Assembly (NCBI GenBank): GCA_964187785.1
Contig: OZ076409.1
Location: 54,810,001 to 54,874,000 of the forward strand
Source: Amphiscolops sp. MND2022
Lineage: Eukaryota
DNA: 64,000 nt
Direction: 5' to 3'
The notes under the pieces were generated by a model, which saw nothing but the letters and a program-made list of their open reading frames with translations, ran no database searches and was not told the origin of the DNA. Both the position numbers and the translations under genes were made by a program. This document shows, piece by piece, positions 24,857 through 35,383 of the stretch; the stretch's first letter is position 1; the number at the start of each line of letters is the position of its first letter.

Positions 24857-27800
24857 ATGACTTCTCCCCATCGAGTGGATCCTGGTGTGCAGAGTGGCAA
24901 CGAGACGCAGTATGTGTTCTCAGAGGGGGACGTGTATCCGAGCGATGCTGATAATGTTGGTTTGGCAGGTGAGTTTGTCATTCCTTGGTCCATTAAGCTG
25001 TTGCGGATAATACTTTGCATAGATAGGCCTTTTCCATGCCCGTATTTCCACCGCTTAGATTTTCTGACGCGTCAAGACAACAGGAATGTGTGTTTTTAGT
25101 TCCTGCTACGACTGTTGTCGTCCCTTCGCCGGTTGTCCCACCTGAGGAACATGCTGTTGCGAGTGCTACTGTCCCTGCGAGTCCTGTGCCACCCGTTGAA
25201 GTTCCTGCGGTTGCCTTTGTTGTTTCTGAACCTCCTGCTCCTACTCCTGGAGTTACTGATGTCATCGTTCCTTTGATTGAGGTTGCCGATGTAACTGTTG
25301 GTGCTGCTGCCTCCTTGACTTGTGCCCCAACTCCTTCCCAACAAGACGACTCAGATGTGCCACTTTCGTCTTTTCTTACGAAGTCAAAGAATACTGGGTT
25401 GTCTTCTCCTCGCGTAGGTGAGGACGTCTGCCCCCCGGCGAAGAAGAAAGGAGAATTGGTTGAGAAGACTGTTGCGGAAGAGGGAGCTGTCAAGAGTGCC
25501 ATAGCTTCTCCCAATTTCTCTCGGTATCTGCCTGATTTTGCTGCTACTTTCGGTAGAATAGAATCGCCTTCGCCAGCAGCCCAAGGTGAGTTGTCTTTAG
25601 TTTGTTTTCTCTTTATATGATTGGGGGTTTGTGAAATTGGGTACGATGTCATTGGTTTGCTTTATTATTGTATGTGGGATTCGTCTGTTATTATAGTTGC
25701 ACCTCCTACTCCAATTGTGTCATCTGGGAAACGACGTCGTACCGTCACTTTGGCGACTGTTGCGCAGTCACAGACCTTCCAGATCGAGAGTAGCGGGGGT
25801 GAAGAATCGCAGGCAGGGATCGCTGCCTATACTTCCCAGCAAGCTGCTTTGTTTGGTGAGGCAGTCGCTTCAGAATTGGAGACTCGGACTGTGGAGCCCT
25901 TCGTAACTAGTGAGTGAGATTTTCCTTTTGCTCTCTTTCTTCTTCCTCTCTTTTTTTTTTTTTTTTTTTTGAATTAGCTGTGTCATAGCATACGGTCGGG
26001 AAGTTTTGGGTGGTTTACCTGGTAGTGGTGAGTTGTTGAAGTTGATTGTTGTTGTTTTTGTTGTAGAGTTTGAAGAGTTAGTGACACGAGTAGAGGCAAG
26101 TCTCGAGAATGTGAGTCCGGCACGACGACGACCACCACGTCCCCAAAATGTGCGGAATCGTTTGCGTCGCAGTATGGTCAAAGATCACCCGATTTTTGAA
26201 TTGTTTGTGACTGGATCGAGTTCCGGGGTTGAGACCGCTTTCTTCTGTACCCTCTGTCAACGGGACGTCTCAATCGCGACCAAGGGCGTCCGTGAGATTA
26301 GTCGGCATTTTTCGAGTGACAAGCATTGGTTGTTGGATGCTACTTACCGTGTCCATCAAGGCTTGCAAGTTTATAACAAACTGCTTGATCCCATGGAGCT
26401 AAGTGACGCGCAGACGAAGGAGTATCTGTCTCGGCCATTTAAGGAGAAGCCTGAAGGTTTCAGCTTTCCGGAGGATCTCTTGCCTGCGTGCACCCGGGCT
26501 GATTCGAGTGTTCCCATCATGACGATGATCAACTGTCTTGTGGAGCTGCTTCGTAGTGGAGGTGACTATCTGTTGTTGAGGAAGTTGTGGGGCCATTTTC
26601 GCGCTACCCTTGGTACAGAGAACCCACTATACAATATGACTTGGAGTCGAGGAGAGTCTTTGGTGAGTTTCTGGCTAACGTTTCTGTGACGACTGTTGTT
26701 TTTCTGGTTTTCTTTCTTCCCCCATTTTCTTTGAATTCGTGGTATCTGTACTTAATCGTTCCTATTGTGTTTGGTAGTCGTTGCTGTGTCAGGGTCTGTT
26801 CCCTCGTGTTCTTCGTGCCCTGATTGCTCGGATTGGTGATTTCAAGAGCTACAGTGTCATCTTCACGGATCTGGGCAGTGAAAAACAGTGTCTTGTACGG
26901 ACGTGGGAGAAGCATGTGATGCTGGAAGTGTGCATCGATGTACAGTCGGCGGGTCAGCGTGTTCCCCTCGCTGAGTTGAATTCCTTGTCTTGCATCCTGG
27001 GGAGCGTTCCTGGCGGACAACTGCCGATATCTGTGGAGGGTGTGAGTCCTTCGCTGCTGCGAGTGTTGAGCGACGTCCGCGAGGATGGTTGCCAGTTCAT
27101 CCTCAGTCGCAATTTCACCGACGAAACCTTCCTCAGTTGTTATCGCCAGGCCCATCAGGAAGTGTTGGGCATGATGGAAGTCACCGCCATGGTCGACTAT
27201 CTGATGCTGCGTTTGAGGGGTGCTTTGCGAGAACCGTGGCTGGAAGATACTGTCGTGCTCCGTCGTTGTGTTGTCGCTGGCCAAGTGTCTTTCCATGATC
27301 TCCGAGAAGTTGCCTCTGAACTGATTCCTGTGTGGAACTCTGTGAGGGAGTTCGTCCGTTACACTGGGCCCCGTCACATTAAAAGCGAAACTGACATGGT
27401 TAGTAGTCCTGGTTTAATGGGTCTGCTTACTTGTTTGTGTGGTAATTTTCCTCTGTTTTCCTTTTTCGGTTTTCCCTTTTTTGAGCAATTGGGGTTTTAT
27501 TGGCGCGAGAGTACACTGCTGTTGTTATGTTTTAGATGAGAGGCACTGACAGTCAGATTTATTGTGATAATACAAATCGGCTGCGACTGGGGCTCCTTGT
27601 ACATATGCTTGATCTTTGTAAGTGGACGTCGTTTCATCGTCGTACTTTGAGGTTGATGGTTAGTACATGGGTTTGTTGTTTAGATCGATGTACGTTCAAG
27701 AAGCAGCTATCTGGTCGTGAAGACTATGGTTTCCACTGTTACATGGAAATCTGCCAGTTTATATACTGTTTGCTGTCTCGTACTCGCCTGCTTTCTGGGT

Positions 27801-28882
27801 TGCCTGATCTTCACGACTGGGAGGCTTACATGGATGTATCAAAAGTCGAGACATTCAAGAAGGTAGACACCGCTGATTTCCTGCTAAACCACAGTTTCGG
27901 AGAAGAATTGCAACGAGGCAAGACCGGTGAGATGCAGGAGTTCCGTAATCGTTGCCGGGAATTTATGGACCGTCTGGTGGACGTACTGCTGGGGTCTAAC
28001 CTTGTTGCGTCAGATTTCCTGCAGGGTGTTTATGCTTTCTGTCCCGAACTCCTGCTTGAAGGCGATGATCGTTACATCTTCCGCCTATTCAGTAAGTTGG
28101 TGCGAGTCTTGGAACGGAGCGGAGCTCTGAGCAGTGAGGAGGCTAAATCCGGCTCTGAAGAATTTGTGACTTTTGTTGTGGACGCGCGACGCCGGCATAC
28201 TGATGCTGAGAGGAGTGCTGAAGATATTGTGGATGTTGTGAGTTTTCTTCTAAATGATTACAGTTTCTTGGCACGGAAGGATTTGTGCCGTATCCTGAAG
28301 TTGTGTTGCCTGGTCATGCGTCGTCCTGCCCCCGGTGGCCCTGAAGTGAGAGTCTCCCTAGATGGTTGTGTCGTGCCCGCAGGAGTTGTTGCTTCCTGTC
28401 TGCGTGGAGTACAGAGTTATGTTCGAGGTCCTGATTTTAAACTGGGGTCCTTCTTTACCCAGCACACCATGGACTGTGTTCGTGATGCTCTTTCTGGTGC
28501 CCGAGATTTTATGACTGCTTCTTCAGATTTTGACCCCTGGAGGCGTATCTGTCTACTTGATCGCGATGAGTTTGTTCGTCATTACAGCGAGTTGTTCGAG
28601 GCGCACATAAAGCGCAAGAAGGATGAGTCTTACCAACGATTCCGGACTGCTAATCAGCGTGTGCGTAGGAGTGCCACTGATGTCAACGTGTTTGCTGCGT
28701 CGTCTGGTGGTCGTTCCGGACGGGGGAGCTCGTCTGTTGCTGGAAGTGCTGCACTTAAAACACCGACTAAACGACCTGCTGTCCCGGCATCAAAAGAGTC
28801 CAAGAAGAATGAGTCGTCCGTCAAGAATAAGAAAAAATCCAAGAAACAGTCAGGCGACGCTTCTAGTTCGAAGAAGTGTTGA
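24857..28882 (+). CDS. Antisense 7-exon gene of element B, ~1102-aa zinc-finger / hAT-transposase-like protein
   Basis: Exons 24857-24968, 25100-25585, 25697-25909, 26067-26662, 26778-27398, 27536-27617, 27684-28882. All introns GT..AG (donors GTGAGT, GTTAGT, GTAAGT), phases compatible, 3309 nt open. Zn finger FCTLCQRDVSIATKGVREISRHFSSDKH; Lys/Ser-rich tail. Confidence 0.8.
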
Positions 28883-29018
28883 ATTTGTTGAATTGAACTT
28901 TGTTTGATTGTTTGTGTGTTTTTATTGATTTTGTATAAGTATTCAGTTGTAGTATTATTATGGAGTCATAGTAAAAGAAAAAGTTTGAAAGACTGTAGTA
29001 AGTCTAGAATTGAAATTG

Positions 29019-32000
29019 TCAGATCGGTTCGGTCTGGACTCCCGATGATACTTTTTGGTCTTCCATCATCGTAGTTATAGCGTCAAGTCGTCTGAAGTCA
29101 GGCTTAGCTTTAGGTTTAGGGTTGGGTCGCAAGTTGTACTTTGCTATTTTCCTCGGATTATACCCGACAGTTGTAGGCGGAGATATCGGGGGAATAGGCG
29201 GGCTTTCTGTGGGAGGGGGGCGACGTATGTATGGGTTATCCCCCACATCTGTTGTAAGGTTTGAAAAATCCGGAGACGGCGGCGCTGCGACGTCTGTATT
29301 TGCCATTTCTTGTATTTCTACGTTATGGTTGTTTCTTGTGTTTTCCGGCGATTCGTGTTCATCAATCTGCTTTCCAAAATCCATTTCCCATGATACCGCA
29401 TACCATTCATTGTGTGAGACTTTAACTTCTGGGTCAGGAAGGTAATCATTGGCTCGTACTGTGACGTCGGGCAAGCGTTGTTCCGTCACATAAGGTCGTA
29501 TGCGAATTCTGTGTAGTGTTTGTGTATATCTTGTGCCAAGTTTTCGTATTGTGTAGTTGTTGTTCGAAAGCACTTTGATCACTACATACGGTCCTGTCCA
29601 GATGCAATCTTGAAACGCAAACTTTGTCGATTGATTGTCGGCTTTCGGGTTAAGTATGTAGCAGTAGTCATTGATTTTTAAGGGAGCTGCAGTCGCTTTG
29701 CGGTCGTAGTATTTTTTGTATTTGAGATAGGACAGCATGATGTTGTCTTTCGCCGTCGCCCTCACTTCGTCTATTTGTTTTTGGAGTTGTTCTGCTATAT
29801 CCGAGTGGGGGGTGGTCTTCCACTTTGGCTTGATGCCTAATTTTAAATCGAGAACGTTGTAAGGTATACGTCCATGAAATACTGTAGATGGTTCGCAGCC
29901 CAGAGTTTCATGGTATGTTGTATTGTAATTCATTACTGCGATTTGGACATATTTGTGCCACATTGAGCGTCGTTCACCCGTTGATATTTTTAGGGCAGTT
30001 TTGATTGAAGCGTGCGTTCTTTCCAGAATTCCGATTGTTTGTGCATGCTTCGTAGATGCGTGGCTGATTTGAATTTCGAGTATTTGGGCTATTTCTGTGA
30101 CGACTTCTGATCGAAATTGTGAGCCCTTGTCTGATAGGATTAGTGTTGGCAAGTATGCATGTCTTGTCATAACGTCGACAATGCATCGTCCGATTGTTTT
30201 CGCTGTGACATTCTGCGTTGGATATGCAAATAGATAACGCGAAAAGACATCAATCATCGTGACAATGTTTTGGTATCCCGCAGAGTTTGGTAAATTCGGC
30301 AATATGTCTATTTCTAGGATATCTTCTGGTCCTAAGACATGTTCCGTATTGTTGATCATTTTTGGTCGGATTTGGCTGTTGTTGATTCGTTTGTATTTGA
30401 TGCATTCTTCACATTGCATTACCCACTGTCTAATCTTCTTTGCTAATCCTGGGTAGTAGTATTTTGATCGGCATTCTTGTATCATTTTTGTGATTCCTGG
30501 ATGCTTCCCCATTTGTCCATGAATTGCTTTCAAGAGTTCTGTGATTAAATGTTCGGGGATTAGAATTTGATGGTGAGTGACTTGACCACATTCCCCGTAA
30601 TATTTGCGCATTAGTACTCCATCTTTTACTATTAGTCTGTTTTCGTGGATTAGGAGGCGCTTGGCAGTCGGATCAGTCTGCAGAAGGTGTTTGTCGTATT
30701 CTTCACATATCAACTTCTTTTTGATTGCTTTGAAAACCAAATTCGAGTCTTGCTCGACTCTAATACGTGCATCTTCCTTTATTGCCCCAAAGGTATAAGA
30801 TGCCTTGTTTATTGGGATTGGTGTGGTTTCTTTGATGGCTATTTTGATTTTTGTCGTCTCCTCGTCGCGTGCATTTTGTCTAGCTTGTTCTTTCTGCAGT
30901 AGAATTTCTTCTTCCGTTTCAATTGTTTCATCTGGGAGGAAGAAAAGTTGTTCCTCGTCTGCGACGTCCGTTGATTGGAGATTCACTTGAATGGGCTTGA
31001 TAGTAATATCCTCTCTGATTTTTAGTTCAACTCTTTCTTTGGGATTGAGATCTATTCTTGACAAAAAATCGGCTGCCGTGTTTTGCGTACCCGCGACGTG
31101 CATTATGTGGAAGTTGAATTGTAGTACGTAATCACATGCATTCCACAGAGTGGGCGGGATTGCTTTTGTTTGGAAGAAGCGGGTTACCGATCTGTTGTCG
31201 GTCATCACGAGGGTTGGTAGGGTTGTTTCCCATAGAATATGGCTGTATTCAAGGAAGGCGTGATAGATCGCTAGGAATTCCTTGCAGTAAATTGACATTT
31301 TGATTTGAGCCGGGGAGAACACCTTTGATCCGAATGCGACTGGTGCAAATGTCTTCTTTTTCGAATTGAGTTTTTTGTCGTTGTCTTCCTCAATCATTAG
31401 GGCGTAGCCAGAGGCTCGGAAGCTGGCGTCCGTCATTAGGACGTACTGTCGTCCCGTGATTGGCTGTTTGAGTGCTAAGCCGCAAGCTTGTGCCAATGCT
31501 GCGTTAATAGCTTTGTAATGGTCAAGTAGTTCTTCTGTGACCTTGATTTGTTTGTCTGCTTTCAGTAGTTCATAGAACCCGAGCAATTTCTCAGACAATC
31601 TCGGGATGTAGTTGCGATAATAATTGACGAAACCGATGTATCTTTGTACTTGTTTCTTGGATTTTGGAAATCTCACGTTTGCTAGGAATTTTTGAATTTT
31701 ATGGTCTTGCGGGGCGATTCCTTGTGGTGTGATCGTTCTTCCAAGAAATTCGACCTCGGTTACTCCGAAATGGCATTTTTCGATGGTTAATTTGAGTCCT
31801 GCCCTTCTGATGCATTCAAAAACTGCTCGAATGTTGCGTATCAGTTGCGCCACGGAATTGGCCGCTATCCCGATATCGTCCACGTACTGTGCGCATTGAT
31901 CAGCTTTGATTACTTTATCCAAGTATTCTCGCATGAAGCTTGAAAATGCCGACAGGGCTCTGCTCAATCCTTGTGCCAGACGTTTGTATGCGAACGTTCT

Positions 32001-33947
32001 GCTTGCAAAGTTGAAGGCTAGCATTTCGATTGATCTTTGGTCTGCCATCTGTAGGCAATGATATGCCTGTGAGCAGTCTAGTTTGCAAAACAATTTTTTC
32101 CCAGCTAGATGTTGGGCTGCATCTGACAGGGTGCTGACTGGGTGGTTATTGTTGATGTAATCGTCTGAGATTAATGCGTTTATTTTCCGCAGGTCGACAA
32201 GTAGACGCAGTTTGCCATTTGGTTTCCTCTGTGCGAAAATTGGGCTTGCATACTTTGAAAATGGTAGGGTCGTTATTATGCCGTACCTGTGCATTAGCGC
32301 CAATTCGACTGTTAGGTCTTCTTTCAAATTGATTGGTACCGGCAAGCTTTGCGTGTAAATAGGACGGTCGTCTTTCGGAGTTAATTTGACTTTGAAGCTA
32401 TTGTTGATTCCGATGTCAAGGCGATGGCGGGCAAAGATGTCATTGTATTCGACTATTGTTTGCTCAAGTTGTTGTCTGTCATTACCTTCGATTTGGGATC
32501 CTTCCCACTGGAACATGTCAAGGAATTTTTGTCTTGATTCTGGGTCTTTGGTTGGATCCAAGTTTTCCTTTTGGATGAGTTCACGGATTTCCTTCAAGAT
32601 CCGACGTTGGATTGGCGTATGTTCTTCTTCGTTCCCTGGGTTCTCGGGTGTGGGGAACCAGAGGTTTTCATCGTTTTGTTCGTGTTCATTTGATTTCATA
32701 AGTTCGTTAATGTACATGTGTGTGTCATCGGGGTCTTCTAACAATTTGAGTGCGGCGGCGTCAACTGGTCGGATTTGTTTCGTGTCCTCAGGTTTGAGGA
32801 TTTGTAGTTCTGCCAGTTTTGTGTGGTTCTTTATTGTATGTGGGAAATCCGTTAGATTGGCGATTCTGATGTTGAGCCTTTTGTTATGGGCTGTCGCCAG
32901 AGCTGGTGCAACAATGATTGTTGCTGTTTCATCGAATTGTGGTAGTGGTTGTACCGCACCAGTGACGTCATGCATGTTTGTGGTTATTACTATTGCGTTC
33001 ACTGTTGTTGTTTGTTGGGGCGGTAGTGTTTGGTTTCCTTCTGCCATTATTTGGAGCGGTTTCGGGTTGCATTTTTTCATCTCGTCCGTCATGGCTAGCG
33101 TCATTTCGACGTGCGGGAAATTGATGGTTCCGTTGGCAGTGTCGATTACTGCTTGGTGATTTCTCATGAAGTTCAGTCCTATGATGGGGAATGACGTTTT
33201 CGATAGGATGACGAAGGTATCCGTGAAGGTATATGTTCCGATATTGAACTGGATGTCTGCTGTTGCTATTGGTTGTTCTAGTTGTGCGTTTGCGCATTCA
33301 ATCTTGAAGGGAGGTTGAGGGTATTCTTTTATGACACAACTATCACTGTTCATTTTGATTGCGTTGTAGTCTGACCAGGACATGGCATTGATGAACGCAC
33401 CTGAGTCGACAAGTCCGTCCATTGTTATTTCGCCGAATTCTAGTGGTAAGTACAGCATTCTCCTTCTGCTCTTGAGGACTATAGTGGAGTGGAGGGGTAT
33501 ATATGCTTCTCCATCCTTTTCGGCTACGTATTCCTTGATTGTGTTAAGTGACATTGGAAAATTGTCTGGGGGTAGAAGTGTTTTGGTGGAGTCGTGGTTA
33601 ACTCCTTCGTTTTGTTGTGACGCTGGGCGGTCGTCGGAGGCGCTTTCATTTTGTTCTACCTGGTTTGTAGCAGAGAATTCTCTATTGATGGGGGGTAAGC
33701 TGGTGGGACGATTTGCTTGTTGTTTAGGATTGTCCCTGTAGTCTTTGTCGTGAGTGTAGGTTTCTGCTGGTTCAGTTTGTGGATAGGGTCTTTTTATAGA
33801 AGCAAGTGCTTGTCGTCTTAGCCGATCTACCGTTGGTGTGTCGTTACACCCTTCTGTTGAGTCGTTTGTATAGGTGATGGGGGGATCTGTTGATGAGTAC
33901 GCCCTCGCGGCTACGGTTTCCCCGAATCGCAGGCGCGGCGTATCTAG
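29019..33947 (-). CDS. pol: Pol polyprotein of element B (PR-RT-RNase H-IN), reached by -1 frameshift from gag
   Basis: LVDSGA protease, YVDD RT, TDAS RNase H, H-x5-H..CxxC Zn motif, D..D..E integrase core, WTGPY, YNLRP tail. The frame stays open 131 codons upstream of the listed Met (33554), up to the slippery site. Confidence 0.97.
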   Translation of the reverse strand, partial: LDTPRLRFGETVAARAYSSTDPPITYTNDSTEGCNDTPTVDRLRRQALASIKRPYPQTEPAETYTHDKDYRDNPKQQANRPTSLPPINREFSATNQVEQNESASDDRPASQQNEGVNHDSTKTLLPPDNFPMSLNTIKEYVAEKDGEAYIPLHSTIVLKSRRRMLYLPLEFGEITMDGLVDSGAFINAMSWSDYNAIKMNSDSCVIKEYPQPPFKIECANAQLEQPIATADIQFNIGTYTFTDTFVILSKTSFPIIGLNFMRNHQAVIDTANGTINFPHVEMTLAMTDEMKKCNPKPLQIMAEGNQTLPPQQTTTVNAIVITTNMHDVTGAVQPLPQFDETATIIVAPALATAHNKRLNIRIANLTDFPHTIKNHTKLAELQILKPEDTKQIRPVDAAALKLLEDPDDTHMYINELMKSNEHEQNDENLWFPTPENPGNEEEHTPIQRRILKEIRELIQKENLDPTKDPESRQKFLDMFQWEGSQIEGNDRQQLEQTIVEYNDIFARHRLDIGINNSFKVKLTPKDDRPIYTQSLPVPINLKEDLTVELALMHRYGIITTLPFSKYASPIFAQRKPNGKLRLLVDLRKINALISDDYINNNHPVSTLSDAAQHLAGKKLFCKLDCSQAYHCLQMADQRSIEMLAFNFASRTFAYKRLAQGLSRALSAFSSFMREYLDKVIKADQCAQYVDDIGIAANSVAQLIRNIRAVFECIRRAGLKLTIEKCHFGVTEVEFLGRTITPQGIAPQDHKIQKFLANVRFPKSKKQVQRYIGFVNYYRNYIPRLSEKLLGFYELLKADKQIKVTEELLDHYKAINAALAQACGLALKQPITGRQYVLMTDASFRASGYALMIEEDNDKKLNSKKKTFAPVAFGSKVFSPAQIKMSIYCKEFLAIYHAFLEYSHILWETTLPTLVMTDNRSVTRFFQTKAIPPTLWNACDYVLQFNFHIMHVAGTQNTAADFLSRIDLNPKERVELKIREDITIKPIQVNLQSTDVADEEQLFFLPDETIETEEEILLQKEQARQNARDEETTKIKIAIKETTPIPINKASYTFGAIKEDARIRVEQDSNLVFKAIKKKLICEEYDKHLLQTDPTAKRLLIHENRLIVKDGVLMRKYYGECGQVTHHQILIPEHLITELLKAIHGQMGKHPGITKMIQECRSKYYYPGLAKKIRQWVMQCEECIKYKRINNSQIRPKMINNTEHVLGPEDILEIDILPNLPNSAGYQNIVTMIDVFSRYLFAYPTQNVTAKTIGRCIVDVMTRHAYLPTLILSDKGSQFRSEVVTEIAQILEIQISHASTKHAQTIGILERTHASIKTALKISTGERRSMWHKYVQIAVMNYNTTYHETLGCEPSTVFHGRIPYNVLDLKLGIKPKWKTTPHSDIAEQLQKQIDEVRATAKDNIMLSYLKYKKYYDRKATAAPLKINDYCYILNPKADNQSTKFAFQDCIWTGPYVVIKVLSNNNYTIRKLGTRYTQTLHRIRIRPYVTEQRLPDVTVRANDYLPDPEVKVSHNEWYAVSWEMDFGKQIDEHESPENTRNNHNVEIQEMANTDVAAPPSPDFSNLTTDVGDNPYIRRPPPTESPPIPPISPPTTVGYNPRKIAKYNLRPNPKPKAKPDFRRLDAITTMMEDQKVSSGVQTEPI

Positions 33948-33953
33948 TTTTTT
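33898..33953 (-). other. -1 frameshift signal: A AAA AAC (33953-33947) plus downstream stem-loop
   Basis: TCA AAA AAC TAG ends gag. It is followed by a TACGCC..CTGCG..CGTAG..GGCGTA hairpin. The -1 frame is the pol frame. Confidence 0.8.
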
Positions 33954-35383
33954 GATTCATCTGCGTCTTGATTTGTCAGCTGTTGTGCAGAGTTATCTTG
34001 TTTCCTTTCTTGTTGGTGATGTCGTTTAGGTCTCGGGTCGTTTGCCGAGTTAGCTCCGTTCCAACAGTTTTCTGTTTTGTGGGGTTTTCCACAGGTATCG
34101 CATTTAAGTGGTTTTCCTGAGCTGTTGCCGGTTTGGCCATTGTTTTTCTTGGTTTGCATCCATTTATCTCTTTTCATTTTCCTACACTCCGCTTTGTAGT
34201 GTCCAAATTTGTTGCAGTAGAAACAATACCCTTTCTTGGTGTTTTGCGTTCTGTTGTCGGCTTGTTTGGACTCGGTGTTTGGTGGGGCCGGTTCTACTTT
34301 GTTTAGTGGTACCAGGTTTACTTCATCTGGCGCCCCAAGGCCGTTAAGTCTCATTTCCCTTTCTAGATGGAGTACGATGTCATTATAGGGTTTGTCTTCA
34401 AGGTACGCTCTATTTAATATTTTCTTTACATGGTCTGGCATTTTTGCATAGATCGCCTTATCAATAAATTGTTGGGCTTCAGAGCCAAAAGCTTCTTTGG
34501 CTGTTTTTTGCAGTACATCTAGAAATTCGTGGAGTTTTTGGTTCGAGGGATCGAATTTGAGCGCATCCCATTCGCACCTGGCTTTGGCCATAGACAGGTA
34601 GTCTCCGAAACGTCGTTTAAAAATTGTCATTATTTCATCCAGGGAGTCCTTTTTTGCGTCTTCAATATTGCAGAACGCCTGTAGGGCGTCCCCTCGGAGC
34701 AGTGAGTGGAAATAGTTTATTTTTTGGATTTCCGTGAGGTGTGGGTACATCTTGATGTTATTACGAAAGAGGTCTTCGAAGAGCTCGAATTTTTCCGATT
34801 TGCCGTCGAAGGTTGGGAGTGATGCCGTTAATGCTTTTGGCATCGGGAATGGGGTGCTATCGTTTTTGTCTGTTGCAAATAAGGTCCTTGCTACTATTGG
34901 ACGCTCTTTCGACGCCGGTTGGCTTTGAGACCGGGCTTTCGCTCTTTTTGGCTGATTTGTGGAGTCGGTTAGGACTCCTGTCACCATGTTACGACATATT
35001 GTCGGGTCGTTTTGAGTAGAACTTATTCTTACTGATTTTGTTGGAGTATAGAAACTTCTAGTTTCTTCCTCTACCTCTTCTTCGGTATTTTCTCTAATGA
35101 TCCCTCTTGTTTCAGGTTTCAAGAGTTTTAACATCTCCTTCTGGGATTCGATAAGAAGATTCTTAATTTCCGAAGTTATTTCCTCTTTCAAAGAGGCTCT
35201 CAAACTTTCTAAGAGACTATTCTCAATCCGGGGGGATTTTGGATTGGAAGGTCCCGCTACCTCATCGTCCTGGTTCAAAGGACAAGAATTTCCTACCACT
35301 ATAGGTGAAATCAGGCCTTCACTTACGTTCTCACTGGTGCTTTGCTGATCATTTCTTCTTTTTTGGCTTCTCGTTGTAGACAT
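33944..35383 (-). CDS. gag: Gag of element B (479 aa from MSTTRSQ); first 132 codons inside the 5' LTR
   Basis: LPTFDG capsid-like motif, knuckles CFYCNKFGHYKAEC and CDTCGKPHKTENC. First ATG of the ORF is at 35383. Confidence 0.93.
   Translation of the reverse strand: MSTTRSQKRRNDQQSTSENVSEGLISPIVVGNSCPLNQDDEVAGPSNPKSPRIENSLLESLRASLKEEITSEIKNLLIESQKEMLKLLKPETRGIIRENTEEEVEEETRSFYTPTKSVRISSTQNDPTICRNMVTGVLTDSTNQPKRAKARSQSQPASKERPIVARTLFATDKNDSTPFPMPKALTASLPTFDGKSEKFELFEDLFRNNIKMYPHLTEIQKINYFHSLLRGDALQAFCNIEDAKKDSLDEIMTIFKRRFGDYLSMAKARCEWDALKFDPSNQKLHEFLDVLQKTAKEAFGSEAQQFIDKAIYAKMPDHVKKILNRAYLEDKPYNDIVLHLEREMRLNGLGAPDEVNLVPLNKVEPAPPNTESKQADNRTQNTKKGYCFYCNKFGHYKAECRKMKRDKWMQTKKNNGQTGNSSGKPLKCDTCGKPHKTENCWNGANSANDPRPKRHHQQERKQDNSAQQLTNQDADESKN
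34974..34986 (-). promoter_or_regulatory. PBS TGGTGACAGGAGT of element B
   Basis: Immediately after the 5' LTR end at 34987. Translated as MVTGV within Gag. Confidence 0.88.

Noticed and set aside
24857..28882. Nested hAT transposon or host gene interrupted by LTRs
   Set aside because: No TIRs or 8-bp TSD seen around it, catalytic motifs absent, it lies inside matching LTRs with a TSD, and a homolog holds the same position in element A.
32386..33159. 257-aa plus-strand ORF and similar shadow ORFs over gag, pol and the cargo gene
   Set aside because: Antisense shadows of real coding sequence with no independent features.
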